Of a stretch of 61,462 nucleotides of DNA, positions 51,786 through 60,595 are shown piece by piece (the first letter of the stretch is position 1; each line of letters begins with the position of its first letter). The notes beneath the pieces are model-generated. The model saw nothing but the letters and a program-made list of their open reading frames with translations, had not been told where the DNA came from and ran no database searches. Source of the DNA: Negativicoccus succinicivorans. GTDB taxonomy: Bacteria; Bacillota; Negativicutes; Veillonellales; Negativicoccaceae. The position numbers and the translations under genes were made by a program. The DNA is taken from the NCBI RefSeq assembly GCF_018373335.1, contig NZ_JAHAHH010000001.1, forward strand, positions 1 through 61,462, written 5' to 3'.

Positions 51786-52886
51786 CAGGTCTTCCGTTTT
51801 GGCAAATGTGCTCGCCACCAAGTCGCTTGCGCCGATTTTCGCCAGCCAAGGCGTGGCAAGCTCTGTTTCTAAATATCCGGCCAATATGCGTAGGCCTTTA
51901 TGTTCCATAACGGTTTTTATTTGAAATAATTGCTCATTAGAAAAAAGGTCGGGACGTCGGTTAATGAAAAACGCAAGATCGTAAAAATCGCGGATGTTTT
52001 CTTCTTTCGTGAACGCGGCCAGCTTCATGTCGATCAATACCTTCCAATCGTATACCGATACACTTTCTGTCTTGTTTATTTTGAAAACATCGGCCTCGAG
52101 CAATTTTTTATTCCGGTCGGAAATTTCCAATATTAACGGACAATCTCCGGCGTCCTTTTGACCTCCGTAATCAATGATGATTTTGACGACAGAATCCGCG
52201 CTTTCAAGAACGTGATATTTCCAGCGGTTTTCTTTTGCGATTTTTTGGAGAACTTTTTCTACCTTTGCCAAAGAGCCTTTGGTATCCAGCTCCAGCGCTT
52301 CTGAAAATCGATCCAGCTGATGAAAAAGCATGAGCGCGGCGCCGCCTTTTACAACATATTCATCTCCCAAATACGATAAGATTTTTTTCATAACGCGAAT
52401 TCGCTCTTGTTGCGAATGCGTTACATTGGTTACGTTGCGCGGCGCGTTTCGGTCATTCAAATATTTTTCCGGGTACTCTCGTCGCATGAACCAAGAAATG
52501 TCTTTTACGCTTTGAATTTGCTCAAGATACGAATATAATTTTTGATCTTCTTCCTGCGTCGACAAAAAATCTTTTCGGCAATCCAGCATTTGCATGGCGA
52601 GTTCCTTGGGTTGCGTCAAAATAAAATCGGCGATCGCTCTGGGAAAATCCGCGATAAAAACCTCTTTTGATCGATCATAAGGAATCATTCGTTTTGAAAT
52701 ACCGTTTTTCCCGAACAAATAAGAATTCGCATACAGAGGAATTGTCGGCTCTTTTTCCGTATATAACCAATAGTTAAGCGGGTGCCAATCGGCGGTGGTA
52801 ATCCCGTCCGGCGCGACAACATTTAACGCTTCCCACCCCGAGATGTATTTTTCTTCGGTCGTTGCGGGAATAATTTTCCACTTCAT
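51765..52886 (-). CDS. Fusion of an uncharacterised N-terminal domain to an AbiEii-type nucleotidyltransferase
   Basis: C-terminal half has KGGAALML...RFSEALELD and RDFYD; N-terminal half has YISGWEALN...ADWH...ADFPRAIAD; GGAGG RBS before ATG 52886. Confidence 0.78.
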   Translation of the reverse strand: MKWKIIPATTEEKYISGWEALNVVAPDGITTADWHPLNYWLYTEKEPTIPLYANSYLFGKNGISKRMIPYDRSKEVFIADFPRAIADFILTQPKELAMQMLDCRKDFLSTQEEDQKLYSYLEQIQSVKDISWFMRREYPEKYLNDRNAPRNVTNVTHSQQERIRVMKKILSYLGDEYVVKGGAALMLFHQLDRFSEALELDTKGSLAKVEKVLQKIAKENRWKYHVLESADSVVKIIIDYGGQKDAGDCPLILEISDRNKKLLEADVFKINKTESVSVYDWKVLIDMKLAAFTKEENIRDFYDLAFFINRRPDLFSNEQLFQIKTVMEHKGLRILAGYLETELATPWLAKIGASDLVASTFAKTEDLLIARNQ

Positions 52887-53141
52887 AGTTACCTCCGGTA
52901 GAAAAGTTTCTCCTGAACCTATTCTCCCATTCATTAAAAAAATCCACAACTTTTAGTGATGCGCGCAATCGAATTGTTTTCAAAGGTTTTTGTGAGTGTA
53001 AACGACCCCCCAATTTTTAATCGGATTGACCTTGTTTTTTACAGGCTGGTCAAATCAGCGTGAACGCACTACCATGAAAGCGACAGATACTTTTTAGCGC
53101 GTCAGCATAAACTCACCGATTATGATGGCGGAAGGAGCAAT

Positions 53142-53864
53142 ATGGAAAATATTATTTTGGATCGTCTGCGCGGCGAAAAGAATTGCGGCATTTCCGGCGG
53201 ATTGTACGAATACACTAAAGTTTGGCTGACATATACTTCCAATGCGATTGAGGGCAGCACGGTCAGCTTGGAGGATACCCACGCCATTTTAACCACCGGA
53301 CGATTGAACGGCAAAGACTATCCGAAACTGAATGACGCGATTCAAACGCGTAATCATGGCATGGCATTCGATTACATGCTGGATATCGCGGAGCAAACGC
53401 TCACGGAAGAACAAGTAAAGCATTTTCATTACCTGCTGTTTTGGGGAACAGAGGAAGCGATGAAAACTTGGTTCGCCGTCGGCGATTATAAGAAAGAAGC
53501 CAATCGGATCGGCCTGCTGACCGAAACCTCATCGCCGGAAGAAACGCCGGAGCATATGAAAACATGGTTGCATGACTGTCAGGGTGAAAAAAATCCGCAA
53601 CTGAAAGAAATCGCTCTGGCGCATTACGGTTTTGAAACCATTCATCCGTTTCAAGACGGCAACGGTCGTGTCGGTCGCTTGATCATGTTCAAAGAGTGTT
53701 TGCATCACAACATTTCGCTGCTTATTATTACCCCGGAAATAAAGCCGTGGTATATGACCGCGCTCAATGAGTGCCGGCAAGGCTTGCAGAATCGTTTGTT
53801 TGAAACCTGCGGCAAAGCGCAAGATGACTATCAATTAATTTGCGCGAAATTCATAAGAGAGTAG
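53142..53864 (+). CDS. Fic family protein
   Basis: Canonical HPFQDGNGRVGR; inhibitory-type motif SNAIEG. Confidence 0.92.
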   Translation: MENIILDRLRGEKNCGISGGLYEYTKVWLTYTSNAIEGSTVSLEDTHAILTTGRLNGKDYPKLNDAIQTRNHGMAFDYMLDIAEQTLTEEQVKHFHYLLFWGTEEAMKTWFAVGDYKKEANRIGLLTETSSPEETPEHMKTWLHDCQGEKNPQLKEIALAHYGFETIHPFQDGNGRVGRLIMFKECLHHNISLLIITPEIKPWYMTALNECRQGLQNRLFETCGKAQDDYQLICAKFIRE

Positions 53865-53930
53865 CCTTTGCAATCTGATTGTTAAACATGATCAGTAAAG
53901 AGTTTTTATAACTTTAGGAGGAACATCGCT

Positions 53931-54194
53931 ATGTTAAAAGCATATATCAGAGAAGCCTATCCCATCCCACAAAATTTATCTGGGGAAATAAAAGAATATG
54001 TTGATCGGTTAGAAGAATTATATGTCATTCTAAACAATATGAGTGACAAAGTGAGTGACGAAGATCCCGAATACATGTCCTTACTTTGGGAATATGAAGA
54101 TAAACAGCAATGGCTGGGTATAATGGCGAAAACCAAAGAAGGCATATCGCAAGAGGATTTTGATGCTTTATATTTCAGATACTATATCAGTTAA
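53931..54194 (+). CDS. Small helical protein (group A, copy 1)
   Basis: AGGAGG RBS; paralog of 57778-58056 (AYIRE..P...EI.E.VD.LE.L...PEY...E...WL.I.AK...FRYY). Confidence 0.75.
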   Translation: MLKAYIREAYPIPQNLSGEIKEYVDRLEELYVILNNMSDKVSDEDPEYMSLLWEYEDKQQWLGIMAKTKEGISQEDFDALYFRYYIS

Positions 54195-54196
54195 AC

Positions 54197-54328
54197 GAAA
54201 CTTTCCCGATATATAACCGGCGGATAAAGAAAGAAATCACCGCAGTGGAGGCCTTTTATACATCAGGCGTTTCAAAAAACTTTTATCGCAGGGTCAGACA
54301 ATACGAACGAGAGGTGTACCGGCAATGA
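54197..54328 (+). pseudogene. 3' fragment of a serine recombinase (resolvase) HTH domain
   Basis: ETFPIYNRRIKKEITAVEAFYTSGVSKNFYRRVRQYEREVYRQ*; its stop overlaps the kinase ATG (ATGA). Confidence 0.6.
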
Positions 54329-55728
54329 ACACGTTTTTATTAATGCATAAAAATATTGAAGTTTTAGAGATACGAAAAGAACCGGATATGGATTATTTCC
54401 GAATAAATTCCATCATCAATGCGGAACATTTGCCGGTGAACATGCTGGGGAAAAATAAATGCAATACCCATGAATTGAATCAGTTTTTGAAACATAGGGT
54501 TATTCCTAAAAGTCGACCTAACATTGAGGAAATAAAGAAATATTACCGAGCAAACAGTTCGTATGAGTTGGCCTTACCGTCCTATATGGTCAGTATCGCC
54601 GACCATTATTGGCTTTGTCCGGAAGATAAAAAACAAGACTTGAATTGGGAAAAAGTAAATTTCTATGACAATGATTTTTCATCAGACTTATTATTTTTAT
54701 CATCAGATGAATCAAGCCTTGATGAAAGCGAGCGAATGAATCCAACTCCCAACACAACCAATAACGGTTCATTACCTCAAATGTGGACAAAGAAAGACAG
54801 TGATCTGTTTTTTATAAAAAACGGGCAAAGGTCTTTTTATCAACAGCCTTATAACGAAGCCGTAATTTCGGACATAATGAAGGCTATGAATATGCCCGGT
54901 GTTACGTATGACTTGTCTTATATAGCGGCGGCGGATGTATCGATATGTCCGTCATTCACAAATTCGCGAATTGAATTTATTCCGGCATGGCAGTTTGATG
55001 TTAACCAAAAACTGAACCATGAAAGTTATTACGAATATTATCTGAAAAAAATAACCGAGTGCGGTATGGATCAGGAACGGGCGCGTAAGCAGCTGGAACA
55101 AATGATTATACTTGATTTTATTTGTGTGAATGAGGATCGTCATTGGGGAAATTTTGGCGTTTTGCGAGACAGTGATACCTTGGAATATATCGGACTTGCG
55201 CCCATTTTTGATAATGGCACCAGTTTAGGATATATGAACTTATCAATACGGAATCATCAGATTTATGAACGCTCCAAATCATTCGGCAATACCCATCAAA
55301 ACGAATTAAAATTTATTCGTCATATGGACATGGATTCGTTGGACATCTGTGATAAAATACCGGAAATTTTGGACAGAAATTATAAAAAGTTGCGACACCC
55401 CGCCTTTGGGGAAGAACGCGTTGAAGAGATAGCCACGTTACTGGTAGAAAGGATTCACGACATGGGAAAAGAAAAGGAAAGCAAAAAATCGGCGATTCGT
55501 GTTGCAAAGTCCATCGAGGAAAAGGAAATGGAACCGGAGTTCGATGAAAGAGCCTTGCCGAAAGACCTGCAACAAGATATCCAAAATTGGTTAGATCATC
55601 AAGACGATGATTTAAGATGGGATGTTTATCATAATGAGCTTTACGGCACGATTAACATGTATCAACACGCGCATGTAATCAGTGAAGAAGTCGCGGATTA
55701 TTTACGAAAAAAGTATTTGGGATTTTAG
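54325..55728 (+). CDS. HipA-superfamily kinase 1 with fused C-terminal small helical domain (group B)
   Basis: SIADHYW, FIKNG, QPYNE, NEDRHWGNFG, LAPIFDNGTSL; tail LPKDLQ...ELYGTIN...ISEEVADYLRKKYLGF. Confidence 0.85.
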   Translation: MNTFLLMHKNIEVLEIRKEPDMDYFRINSIINAEHLPVNMLGKNKCNTHELNQFLKHRVIPKSRPNIEEIKKYYRANSSYELALPSYMVSIADHYWLCPEDKKQDLNWEKVNFYDNDFSSDLLFLSSDESSLDESERMNPTPNTTNNGSLPQMWTKKDSDLFFIKNGQRSFYQQPYNEAVISDIMKAMNMPGVTYDLSYIAAADVSICPSFTNSRIEFIPAWQFDVNQKLNHESYYEYYLKKITECGMDQERARKQLEQMIILDFICVNEDRHWGNFGVLRDSDTLEYIGLAPIFDNGTSLGYMNLSIRNHQIYERSKSFGNTHQNELKFIRHMDMDSLDICDKIPEILDRNYKKLRHPAFGEERVEEIATLLVERIHDMGKEKESKKSAIRVAKSIEEKEMEPEFDERALPKDLQQDIQNWLDHQDDDLRWDVYHNELYGTINMYQHAHVISEEVADYLRKKYLGF

Positions 55729-55736
55729 GAGGTAAC

Positions 55737-55949
55737 ATGGACATAAAAATTCCTAAGTATCTGCAAGATACACTGGATAAGCAAAAACGATTGGTAGCAG
55801 AATATGAAAAAACAAAAGACGCAGAATCAAGTATTGCTGTTTCTTTTGTTTGGGAAGAAGTATATGTTGATATTAATCACGCATTAACAAATGATGCGAT
55901 TACCGAAGACGAAGCACGCGCTCTGCGAAAAAAGTATTTAGGAATTTAG
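55737..55949 (+). CDS. Small helical protein (group B, copy 2)
   Basis: AGGAGG RBS; IPKYLQ...EVYVDIN...ITEDEARALRKKYLGI. Confidence 0.8.
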   Translation: MDIKIPKYLQDTLDKQKRLVAEYEKTKDAESSIAVSFVWEEVYVDINHALTNDAITEDEARALRKKYLGI

Positions 55950-55983
55950 AAGATTACCACGATTGTACATAAGGAGAAAAAGA

Positions 55984-56253
55984 ATGAACATTGAAAAAAT
56001 GCGCATTCCCAATTCGTTACAAGAACAAATCAAAAAAATAAAGTTGCTAGAAAGTGAAATAAAAAAAGGTGGTGAAAAAGGTTTGGAGGCAGAATGTATG
56101 TTAGGTTTTGAGTTAGGAAATATTCATCCAACTATCAATCGATGCTTAATGGCAGGCGAGATAACACCGGAGGAATCGCATTTTTTACACGAAAAATATT
56201 GTGTTGAATTTATAGAAGAGGTGTTACACAATTATGAAATCTATAATAATTGA
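55984..56253 (+). CDS. Small helical protein (group B, copy 3)
   Basis: AAGGAG RBS; IPNSLQ...IHPTIN...ITPEESHFLHEKY; overlaps the start of kinase 2. Confidence 0.75.
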   Translation: MNIEKMRIPNSLQEQIKKIKLLESEIKKGGEKGLEAECMLGFELGNIHPTINRCLMAGEITPEESHFLHEKYCVEFIEEVLHNYEIYNN

Positions 56254-57181
56254 TTTTACGCACTTTGAAAAAATCACTCCCCTTCGATTTGACGGAGCAA
56301 GTTATAAATATGCCGTTCAAGGAAACGATTCTCTATATATTTTGAAGTTTGAAGAATATCCCCGGCGCAAAGCTTCCGTTTCACACACGCATCATCACAC
56401 ATCGGAATATATCGGATCCCATATTTATGAGTCGATCGGATTACCGACACAAGAAACTTTTTTAGTAAAACGAGATGACAGAATCGCCGTTGCCTGCAAA
56501 CATTTTTGCCAAGGAAATACGCGGTTGTATTCGTTCAAAGAATTGGCCACCGATTTTATGCATCCGTCCATTTCAAAAAACAGCGCATCACAAGCGATTA
56601 CCACTCTTGAGGGCACGCTGGAACTCATTTCAAAGCAAACTGTTTTTCAACCTGAGGTCTTAACCGACAGATATTGGGACATGTTTGTTGTGGATGCGTT
56701 TATTGCTAATTCGGATCGTCATAACGGGAACTGGGGATATTTGGTCGACAACCATACATTTGAAGTTTCTTTAGCGCCGATATATGATTGCGGATCCTCT
56801 CTTTACCCGCTTTTAACAAATGAAGAGATGCGGATCTGCTTACAAAACGAAAGCATGATGAAACAACTTTCCGCCAATGAACCGTCTTCTACCGTTCGTT
56901 ATAAGGGAGCTAAAATTAACTTTTTGGATTTTTGTCGGAATTACGAAAATCCTGACTTTCTCGCTGCCGTAAAACGAATCGTGCCGCGAATTGATATGGA
57001 TGCTATCAAAGCGATTATCACCCATACTCCCGTCATTACAGAGATCAGACAAGAATTTCTGATTCATTTATTGACATTGCGAAAGGAACTGCTTTTAGAG
57101 CCGGCCTTAAAGCGCGCCATGAAAGCGGAAAAGATTTCGTTTAATGAATCCGAGTCGATCGACAAAGGTTTGGAACGCTGA
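56234..57181 (+). CDS. CtkA/HipA-like kinase 2
   Basis: YILKF, SEYIGSHIY, VACKHF, WDMFVVDAFIANSDRHNGNWG, LAPIYDCGSSL. Confidence 0.87.
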   Translation: MKSIIIDFTHFEKITPLRFDGASYKYAVQGNDSLYILKFEEYPRRKASVSHTHHHTSEYIGSHIYESIGLPTQETFLVKRDDRIAVACKHFCQGNTRLYSFKELATDFMHPSISKNSASQAITTLEGTLELISKQTVFQPEVLTDRYWDMFVVDAFIANSDRHNGNWGYLVDNHTFEVSLAPIYDCGSSLYPLLTNEEMRICLQNESMMKQLSANEPSSTVRYKGAKINFLDFCRNYENPDFLAAVKRIVPRIDMDAIKAIITHTPVITEIRQEFLIHLLTLRKELLLEPALKRAMKAEKISFNESESIDKGLER

Positions 57182-57217
57182 GCGTATTCGGCGATGCGCG
57201 AGTTTCGACAAGAGAAT

Positions 57218-57275
57218 AACATGCGCATGTAATCCGTGAAGAAGTCGCGATTATTTACGCAGGAAATATTTAGAA
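57218..57275 (+). pseudogene. Decayed copy of the 3' end of the group B domain
   Basis: Aligns to 55664-55722 (40 of the first 43 columns identical, one 1-nt deletion). Confidence 0.75.
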
Positions 57276-57303
57276 TGAAACAAATGAAAAGGGAGGTAGA
57301 ACG

Positions 57304-57675
57304 ATGAGAACGTTAAGTCTATCTGAAATAAAAGAACGAATTATTCCCGTTTGCGAAAAGTACGATATACCGGAAGTACATATTTTCGGATCGTATGCCG
57401 ACGGAACGGCCCGACCGGACAGTGATGTTGATTTAATTATTGATGATTCAAACATTCCGGGCCTTTTTGAACTCATAGATGTAATTGAAGGGTTTGAAAA
57501 AGCATTAAGTAAAAAAGTTGACTTGGTGGGTATTGAAGTACTAAAAAGAAAATCACATACTAGATTCAGTCAAAATGTTTTTAAGGTGGCAAAACCGATT
57601 TTCAAAAAGGAAGAAGATTGCGCAGGAAAAGCATTTGACGATGCGCGACATGTTCATGAGCCGGATCGGCCGTGA
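57304..57675 (+). CDS. Minimal nucleotidyltransferase (MNT/MntA-like)
   Basis: IFGSYADG...DSDVDL, KKVDLV; GGAGG RBS. Confidence 0.88.
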   Translation: MRTLSLSEIKERIIPVCEKYDIPEVHIFGSYADGTARPDSDVDLIIDDSNIPGLFELIDVIEGFEKALSKKVDLVGIEVLKRKSHTRFSQNVFKVAKPIFKKEEDCAGKAFDDARHVHEPDRP

Positions 57676-57777
57676 TGAAATAAGCATCAACGTAAAGGCG
57701 CGAACGGAAAAGCGGCATTGATCTTTTCATCACGCCGCATACATACGCGAATATTTCGGTGCAAAGGAGGGGCGCAG

Positions 57778-58056
57778 ATGTTTCGAGCCTATATTCGAGA
57801 AGATATTGTTTTACCCGAACGGAAATCAAAAGAAATTCAAGAACTGGTGGATACGCTGGAACGCTTGCATATCGAATTGCAATCCATGGATCCGCGCGCG
57901 CCGGAATACACAAGAAAGATAGAAGAGTTTGAAGATGCCAATGAATGGCTGGATATCGCCGCAAAGCTCGACAATAAAGTCGATCGCCAAGCGTATGCCC
58001 GATATTGTTTCCGTTACTATGTGGGGGTTGTGGAAGATGACGATCAAGATGCATGA
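57778..58056 (+). CDS. Small helical protein (group A, copy 2)
   Basis: AAGGAGG RBS; paralog of 53931-54194; overlaps the start of kinase 3. Confidence 0.75.
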   Translation: MFRAYIREDIVLPERKSKEIQELVDTLERLHIELQSMDPRAPEYTRKIEEFEDANEWLDIAAKLDNKVDRQAYARYCFRYYVGVVEDDDQDA

Positions 58057-59011
58057 TTTTACTGAAAATAAAGCGATTCCCCCGAGTACTTACGGGGGCA
58101 AAACAGGAGCAAAGTTATGCGTTTTACATCATGATGAAATGTGGTTTTTAAAATTTCCGCAAACGTTATCCCGTCAAGGCGCCGTATTGTCGTATCCCAC
58201 CATGCCCGTTTCGGAATTTTTAGGATCGCAAATATATAAAAGCATCGGCATTGATACGCATGATACCGAATTGGGGATATATAAAGATCGGCCCGTCGTT
58301 GCTTGCAAAGACTTTATTCCATCGGGGAGTAAGTTTTATGAATTTAAGGGCTTATTCAATGCCTTGCCGGCGATAAAGTCTTTACAGTCCACGCGATTTG
58401 GAAATGCGCCATCATTGCATAAGGTAGAATTATCTGACATTTTTGAGGAAATCGAAATTACCTTTGCGCCATCAGCGCAAGAAAAAATGAAGGAACGTTT
58501 TTGGGATATGTTTGTAGTGGACTGTTTTATCAACAACAAAGACCGTAATACCGGAAATTGGGGATATTTTATGAATTTGACCGGGGACTTTGTAGGATTA
58601 GCTCCGGTGTATGACAACGGCAGTTCGTTTTTCCCGAAAGCCGATTCGCGAAAATGCGGTGAAAAAGAATTTCTTGACAAGAGCATTCGGAAGGGTAAAA
58701 CTTCTTTTTTCTACAATGGAAAAGCAGTCGACAGTGTTTCGGTCATGAGGAAAACGCCCTGTCCGTTTCAAGAAGAGGCGCTTAACTCGGGTTTGCAAAA
58801 AGCGATTTTGAAAATAACGCCTCGATTATCCGTCAATATGGACGCATTTCAAAATTTGATTTCCGATATGCCTTTAGATTTCAAAGGCGTTCCGATTATC
58901 TCGGAATCTCGAAAAGCGTTTTATCAAAACTTTTTATCGAAACGGCTGGAGCTGGTTTTGGAGCCGGCGTGGAAACGGGTCATGGAGATCACGGAAGACG
59001 AGAATGCTTGA
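58037..59011 (+). CDS. CtkA/HipA-like kinase 3
   Basis: YGGKTGAK, WFLKFP, SEFLGSQIY, VVACKDF, NKDRNTGNWG, LAPVYDNGSSF; start at 58037 or 58049. Confidence 0.87.
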   Translation: MTIKMHDFTENKAIPPSTYGGKTGAKLCVLHHDEMWFLKFPQTLSRQGAVLSYPTMPVSEFLGSQIYKSIGIDTHDTELGIYKDRPVVACKDFIPSGSKFYEFKGLFNALPAIKSLQSTRFGNAPSLHKVELSDIFEEIEITFAPSAQEKMKERFWDMFVVDCFINNKDRNTGNWGYFMNLTGDFVGLAPVYDNGSSFFPKADSRKCGEKEFLDKSIRKGKTSFFYNGKAVDSVSVMRKTPCPFQEEALNSGLQKAILKITPRLSVNMDAFQNLISDMPLDFKGVPIISESRKAFYQNFLSKRLELVLEPAWKRVMEITEDENA

Positions 59012-59100
59012 TTTCAAGAACTAAAAAAACTTGCTTTGCTCCCATTTATGTCGGCGGCGCTTCTCTATATCCTCTTTTCCGTTTTTTATCGAAATTATAA
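59011..59100 (+). pseudogene. Internal fragment of a further CtkA-like kinase
   Basis: Reads ISRTKKTCFAPIYVGGASLYPLF, compare kinase 2 LAPIYDCGSSLYPLL. Confidence 0.55.
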
Positions 59101-59154
59101 ATCCGGTCCTGCTCATTTCTTAAAAGTGCTCGCGCCGGATGGAGGCGGCTTATC

Positions 59155-60357
59155 GTGTATCTTCTGCGCAATAAAGACAAAAATCTTTTAACCTTTCAAA
59201 TCATCAAAAAAGAAACGGAAGACGCGTCTCCGGCAACAACGACGTCGCAAGTTGGCGTCGCGTATCAAGTCCGCATCGATTCGCTATGTGAAGATGTCGC
59301 GCGACTGCCGCTGCCAATGCAGGGGGAAACCGTCGGCGCGGAAGAATTGGATCAACGCTTAGAAAACTGGCTCAAATCAAGAAAAGCGCCGGAGAGCAGA
59401 GCGTTCGCGGATTGTCTCATGAAGGCGATTGACTCCGGCGCGAATCCGTTTGCGTATATCGATGTTACTTACGGACTTTCGCTTAACGATTCGTTTTGGG
59501 TTTGTCCGGTAAGGGAACGCGATGTATCCTGGGATGCGGTCAATGCATATCAAAACGCATTTGACGACCGAGTCGCGCGGCTCGCGTTTACCGGCGTCGG
59601 CGGTCGGATTGACGGCGTGACGACGACGCCGGAATTTACGACAGGCGGCGCATTGCGGAAATGTTGGCAACGGGAAAATAAGCGGATCTATTTATATAAA
59701 GGCGGCACTGAACGCTTCGCGAATGGCGGGCTGGAGCCGTACATGGAAACATTCGCGGCGGAAATCGCCACGGCGATGAATTTGAGCCATGTTCCCTACG
59801 AACTGACGGAACTTTATGGCGTTTCCGTCAGCAAATGCCCGCTTTTTACGGATGAAAACACCGGCTTTGTTTCGATGTATGATGCGCTGGGCACGGAATA
59901 TTTTCAAACCCGTTCGCTAAATGATCCGCGAACATGGGAAACCATCGGCGAAAGATACGGCATGGCGCAGTGGGAAGATATGCTTTTGTTTGACGCGGTG
60001 ATCGCCAATGAAGATCGACACTTAGGCAACTTCGGATTTTTGCTGGACACCAATAGTAATTGCCTGAAAGGTCCCGCGCCGCTCTTTGACCACGGGAACG
60101 CTCTCTTTTTCAACGCCACCGATGAGGAATTTGCCGATATTTTTGAATATGCGCCGACCCGTCGCAGTTGTATCGGATTGCCGTTTGAAGAACAAGCGAA
60201 CCTTTTTTTGCGCCGTCGTCATTTGTCCGGCTTACAAAAGTTGGCAAAACTGACACTGCCGCGGTATAAAGATCCGCATATCGATTTCATCGCGACGCAA
60301 TTAGAAAAGTATCTGCATCGTATATCCGAGAAGTTGGTTCGGTTGTATAAAGAATAA
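59155..60357 (+). CDS. HipA-superfamily kinase 4
   Basis: GLSLNDSFW, TTGGALRKCW, LYKGG, EPYME, NEDRHLGNFG, APLFDHGNAL; GTG start after GGAGG. Confidence 0.87.
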   Translation: MYLLRNKDKNLLTFQIIKKETEDASPATTTSQVGVAYQVRIDSLCEDVARLPLPMQGETVGAEELDQRLENWLKSRKAPESRAFADCLMKAIDSGANPFAYIDVTYGLSLNDSFWVCPVRERDVSWDAVNAYQNAFDDRVARLAFTGVGGRIDGVTTTPEFTTGGALRKCWQRENKRIYLYKGGTERFANGGLEPYMETFAAEIATAMNLSHVPYELTELYGVSVSKCPLFTDENTGFVSMYDALGTEYFQTRSLNDPRTWETIGERYGMAQWEDMLLFDAVIANEDRHLGNFGFLLDTNSNCLKGPAPLFDHGNALFFNATDEEFADIFEYAPTRRSCIGLPFEEQANLFLRRRHLSGLQKLAKLTLPRYKDPHIDFIATQLEKYLHRISEKLVRLYKE

Positions 60358-60403
60358 CGGCAGACCTCGCGGGAGGTCGATGCTCGTATTAGCTGAGAGT
60401 AAC

Positions 60404-60431
60404 TTGACCGTTAGCGATTTCGTGCTAAAAT
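60404..60431 (+). promoter_or_regulatory. Sigma70-type promoter of a probable small RNA
   Basis: TTGACC-16 nt-TAAAAT with TGn extension. Confidence 0.55.
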
Positions 60432-60595
60432 AAAGATGCAGGAGCACCATAAAACCAACAAAAGGAAATGAAAAGAGATGGCGGCTACCATCCCTTTTCT
60501 CTTGCTTATTTATTTCGCCTTTCTAGCAGCCAGTGCAGTATGATTGCCAGAGAGGGCGCGAGCAAGGTCGCGCCTGCAAGAAAATCTACGGAGCA

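Noticed and set aside
52997..53060. TGTAAACGACCCC as a possible IS end, plus a nearby hairpin
   Set aside because: No partner inverted repeat or transposase fragment found.
57614..57721. Alternative-frame peptide KIAQEKHLTMRDMFMSRI as another gene remnant
   Set aside because: No recognisable motif; too weak to call without a search.
53865..59154. Integron-like attC sites between island cassettes
   Set aside because: The spacers share no common palindromic repeat; they are better explained as gene scars.
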